DNA of 9,346 bases from Halalkalibacterium halodurans (GTDB lineage Bacteria; Bacillota; Bacilli; Bacillales; Bacillaceae_D): positions 1-9,346 of the forward strand of contig NZ_SNUY01000088.1 in NCBI RefSeq assembly GCF_004376175.1, in the 5' to 3' direction. The notes beneath the pieces are model-generated. The model had not been told where the DNA came from. It did no database searches and saw only the letters and a program-made list of their open reading frames with translations. The position numbers and the translations under genes are program-made. Below, piece after piece: positions 8,430 through 9,346 of this stretch (its first letter is position 1; each line of letters begins with the position of its first letter).

Positions 8430-8560
8430 AAAAATTCAATGTGAAAAATTCTGTAGGTATGCCCGAAAACAAGATTATTGTAATATTTTGTAAAATAACA
8501 TGCTGGTAGCTATTTGTCGAGTGCTTTATTTTTTATACTTTTATCCCAAAAATCTAATTT

Positions 8561-8579
8561 TGCAAAATGCTCATTATAA
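8561..8579. repeat. Right terminal inverted repeat of the IS
   Basis: See the left inverted repeat; the perfect core is TGCAAAATGCTCAT. Confidence 0.6.
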
Positions 8580-8880
8580 TATTCGAAACCTAAAATTACT
8601 CTATTTCATCACCACGATGAAAGAGGGGGAAGATGACTAGTTTCATGTCGGAACCATCGCCACATTGCCAGAAAGTAGAGGGTTAGGGGTAGGGAGCCAG
8701 CTTCTTCAATTTGCCGAAGCGCAAACGTCTTTACAAGGATTTTCCAAATGCTCTTTAACGGTTAAAAAGGAGAATAAACTTGCGATTAAACTATATCAAA
8801 AGATCGGTTAACATATAACAGGAGAAATCAATAAACCTGCATTTTCATTGTACCGAATGGTGAAAACAATAAGTGGATAA
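8580..8880 (+). pseudogene. GNAT-family N-acetyltransferase, 3' part, with two in-frame stop codons
   Basis: The frame reads ...FHVGTIATLPESRGLGVGSQLLQFAE..., which is GNAT motif A (R-x-x-G-x-G), then LTVKKENKLAIKLYQKIG, ending at TAA 8878-8880. It is interrupted by TAG at 8638-8640 and TAA at 8809-8811. Confidence 0.7.
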
Positions 8881-8894
8881 CAAATAAGTCCTGT

Positions 8895-9011
8895 TTAAAA
8901 GAACCCAACAAACAAGTCTTCGTACTGACAAACATTTAGCCGGTTCCATTTACCATGGTGGAAGCCGGCTTTTTCTAGGCTTTGCTTAGTTTGGTCATGA
9001 TTAGATTTCAT
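8895..9011 (-). CDS. Candidate 38-aa small ORF (MKSNHDQTKQSLEKAGFHHGKWNRLNVCQYEDLFVGFF)
   Basis: On the minus strand, AGAGGTG lies about 8 nt before the ATG (plus coordinates 9009-9011), with stop TAA at 8895-8897. A possible extended -10 TGgTATAGT lies at plus 9059-9067. The ORF overlaps the plus-strand terminator hairpin and I recognise no family. Confidence 0.2.
   Translation of the reverse strand: MKSNHDQTKQSLEKAGFHHGKWNRLNVCQYEDLFVGFF
8938..8975 (+). terminator. Rho-independent terminator downstream of the GNAT remnant
   Basis: The GC-rich stem AGCCGG-TTCCA / TGGAA-(G)-CCGGCT has one bulge and a 10-nt loop, and is followed by a TTTTT-type run. Confidence 0.7.
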
Positions 9012-9131
9012 ATAAAGGACACCTCTTCTGTATGGTATGTTTGATTCTCAACAAATCAACTATACCAAACGGATGGGTGCTTTCTTATGCAATTTTTCAT
9101 GAGCATAAGAGTATTTCAATAACGTCAGCAA

Positions 9132-9346
9132 CTAGTGTTCCTCTTCCTGGCCCTCAGGAAACCAAATTTTAAAATTGCCGCTTAGTGCGAGCATCGCAAA
9201 CAAATATAAGAGCTTGTTCAAAAAGCCATAAAATCCGAAAAAAAATAAAAATGCACCTTAGCGAAAAATGGTAAAATGGAAGTAACGAATCAACCAAAAA
9301 TACCAATTTGCGAGGTGCATTTTCATGGATATGCAGCTAGAACTGC
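9132..9346 (-). CDS. Possible 3' end of a membrane-protein gene entering from the right edge (...CIFIFFGFYGFLNKLLYLFAMLALSGNFKIWFPEGQEEEH*)
   Basis: The minus-strand frame is open for 70 codons from the window edge to TAG (plus 9132-9134) and encodes a hydrophobic sequence. This strand is T-rich and A-poor here, which by itself depletes stop codons. This reading conflicts with the plus-strand start at 9325. Confidence 0.3.
9325..9346 (+). CDS. Possible 5' end of a CDS leaving the right edge (MDMQLEL...)
   Basis: GAGGTG (9312-9317) lies 7 nt before the ATG at 9325. An A-rich upstream region contains an extended -10-like TGgTAAAAT around 9267-9275. Only 7 codons are visible. This reading is mutually exclusive with the minus-strand frame above. 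Confidence 0.3.

Larger units (their letters stand above)
7093..8579 (+). mobile_element. Insertion sequence, IS4/IS5 superfamily (IS5/IS1182-like), about 1487 bp
   Basis: It is bounded by terminal inverted repeats TTATTATGAGCATTTTGCA (7093-7111) and TGCAAAATGCTCATTATAA (8561-8579), 18/19 complementary with a 14-bp perfect core. It contains a single transposase ORF and sits inside a GNAT gene. No clean target-site duplication is visible; the flanks are TATT and TATA. Confidence 0.7.

Noticed and set aside
7177-8452. AAAAATTC octamer repeated four times around the transposase ORF (7178-7185 reverse; 7202-7209, 8430-8437 and 8444-8451 forward), considered as subterminal transposase-binding repeats or as the true IS ends
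   Set aside because: The same A/T-rich octamer also occurs by chance inside unrelated genes: 6628-6635 in the TetR gene, and its complement at 5955-5962 in the LysR gene. The match does not extend beyond about 9 nt. The 18/19 inverted repeats at 7093-7111 and 8561-8579 are a much better explanation for the IS termini.
9084-9109. Hairpin CTTATGC-N12-GCATAAG, considered as a terminator
   Set aside because: The stem is only 7 bp and AT-rich, the loop is large, and there is no U-tract on either strand.

Overview
This looks like a low-GC Firmicutes (Bacillaceae-like) chromosomal segment: AGGAGG-type ribosome-binding sites (RBS), TTG/GTG starts, and GltC-like and GdhA-like proteins. All calls come from reading the sequence and recognising motifs; no database search was run.

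Gene content, left to right:
- The 3' tail of an unidentified gene, followed by a perfect 40-bp palindrome.
- A four-gene sensing/efflux module: a multi-transmembrane HisKA_3 histidine kinase, a NarL/LuxR response regulator, an ABC-2-type ATPase and an ABC-2 permease.
- A convergent NADP-type glutamate dehydrogenase (gdhA, minus strand), transcribed divergently from a GltC-like LysR regulator.
- A TetR-family regulator.
- A GNAT acetyltransferase split by a roughly 1.49-kb IS4/IS5-superfamily (IS5/IS1182-like) insertion sequence that carries an intact DDE transposase.
- An AT-rich, mostly non-coding right end with an intrinsic terminator and ambiguous short reading frames.

The dominant theme is gene decay, not a new system.
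- The kinase is split at a T8 homopolymer.
- The ABC ATPase has a +1 frameshift and a Walker-B Glu->Lys change.
- The permease is reduced to a 93-aa C-terminal stub.
- The GNAT gene has the IS insertion plus two in-frame stops.
- The response regulator, gdhA, the LysR gene, the TetR gene and the transposase look intact.

I see no CRISPR array, tRNA, rRNA, toxin-antitoxin-like pair or defence-island signature. I cannot support a claim of a previously undescribed system here. The points most worth checking are the multiply lesioned Lnr-like module with its surviving orphan regulator, the homopolymer-split kinase, the gdhA/GltC-like pairing and the reconstructable IS insertion.
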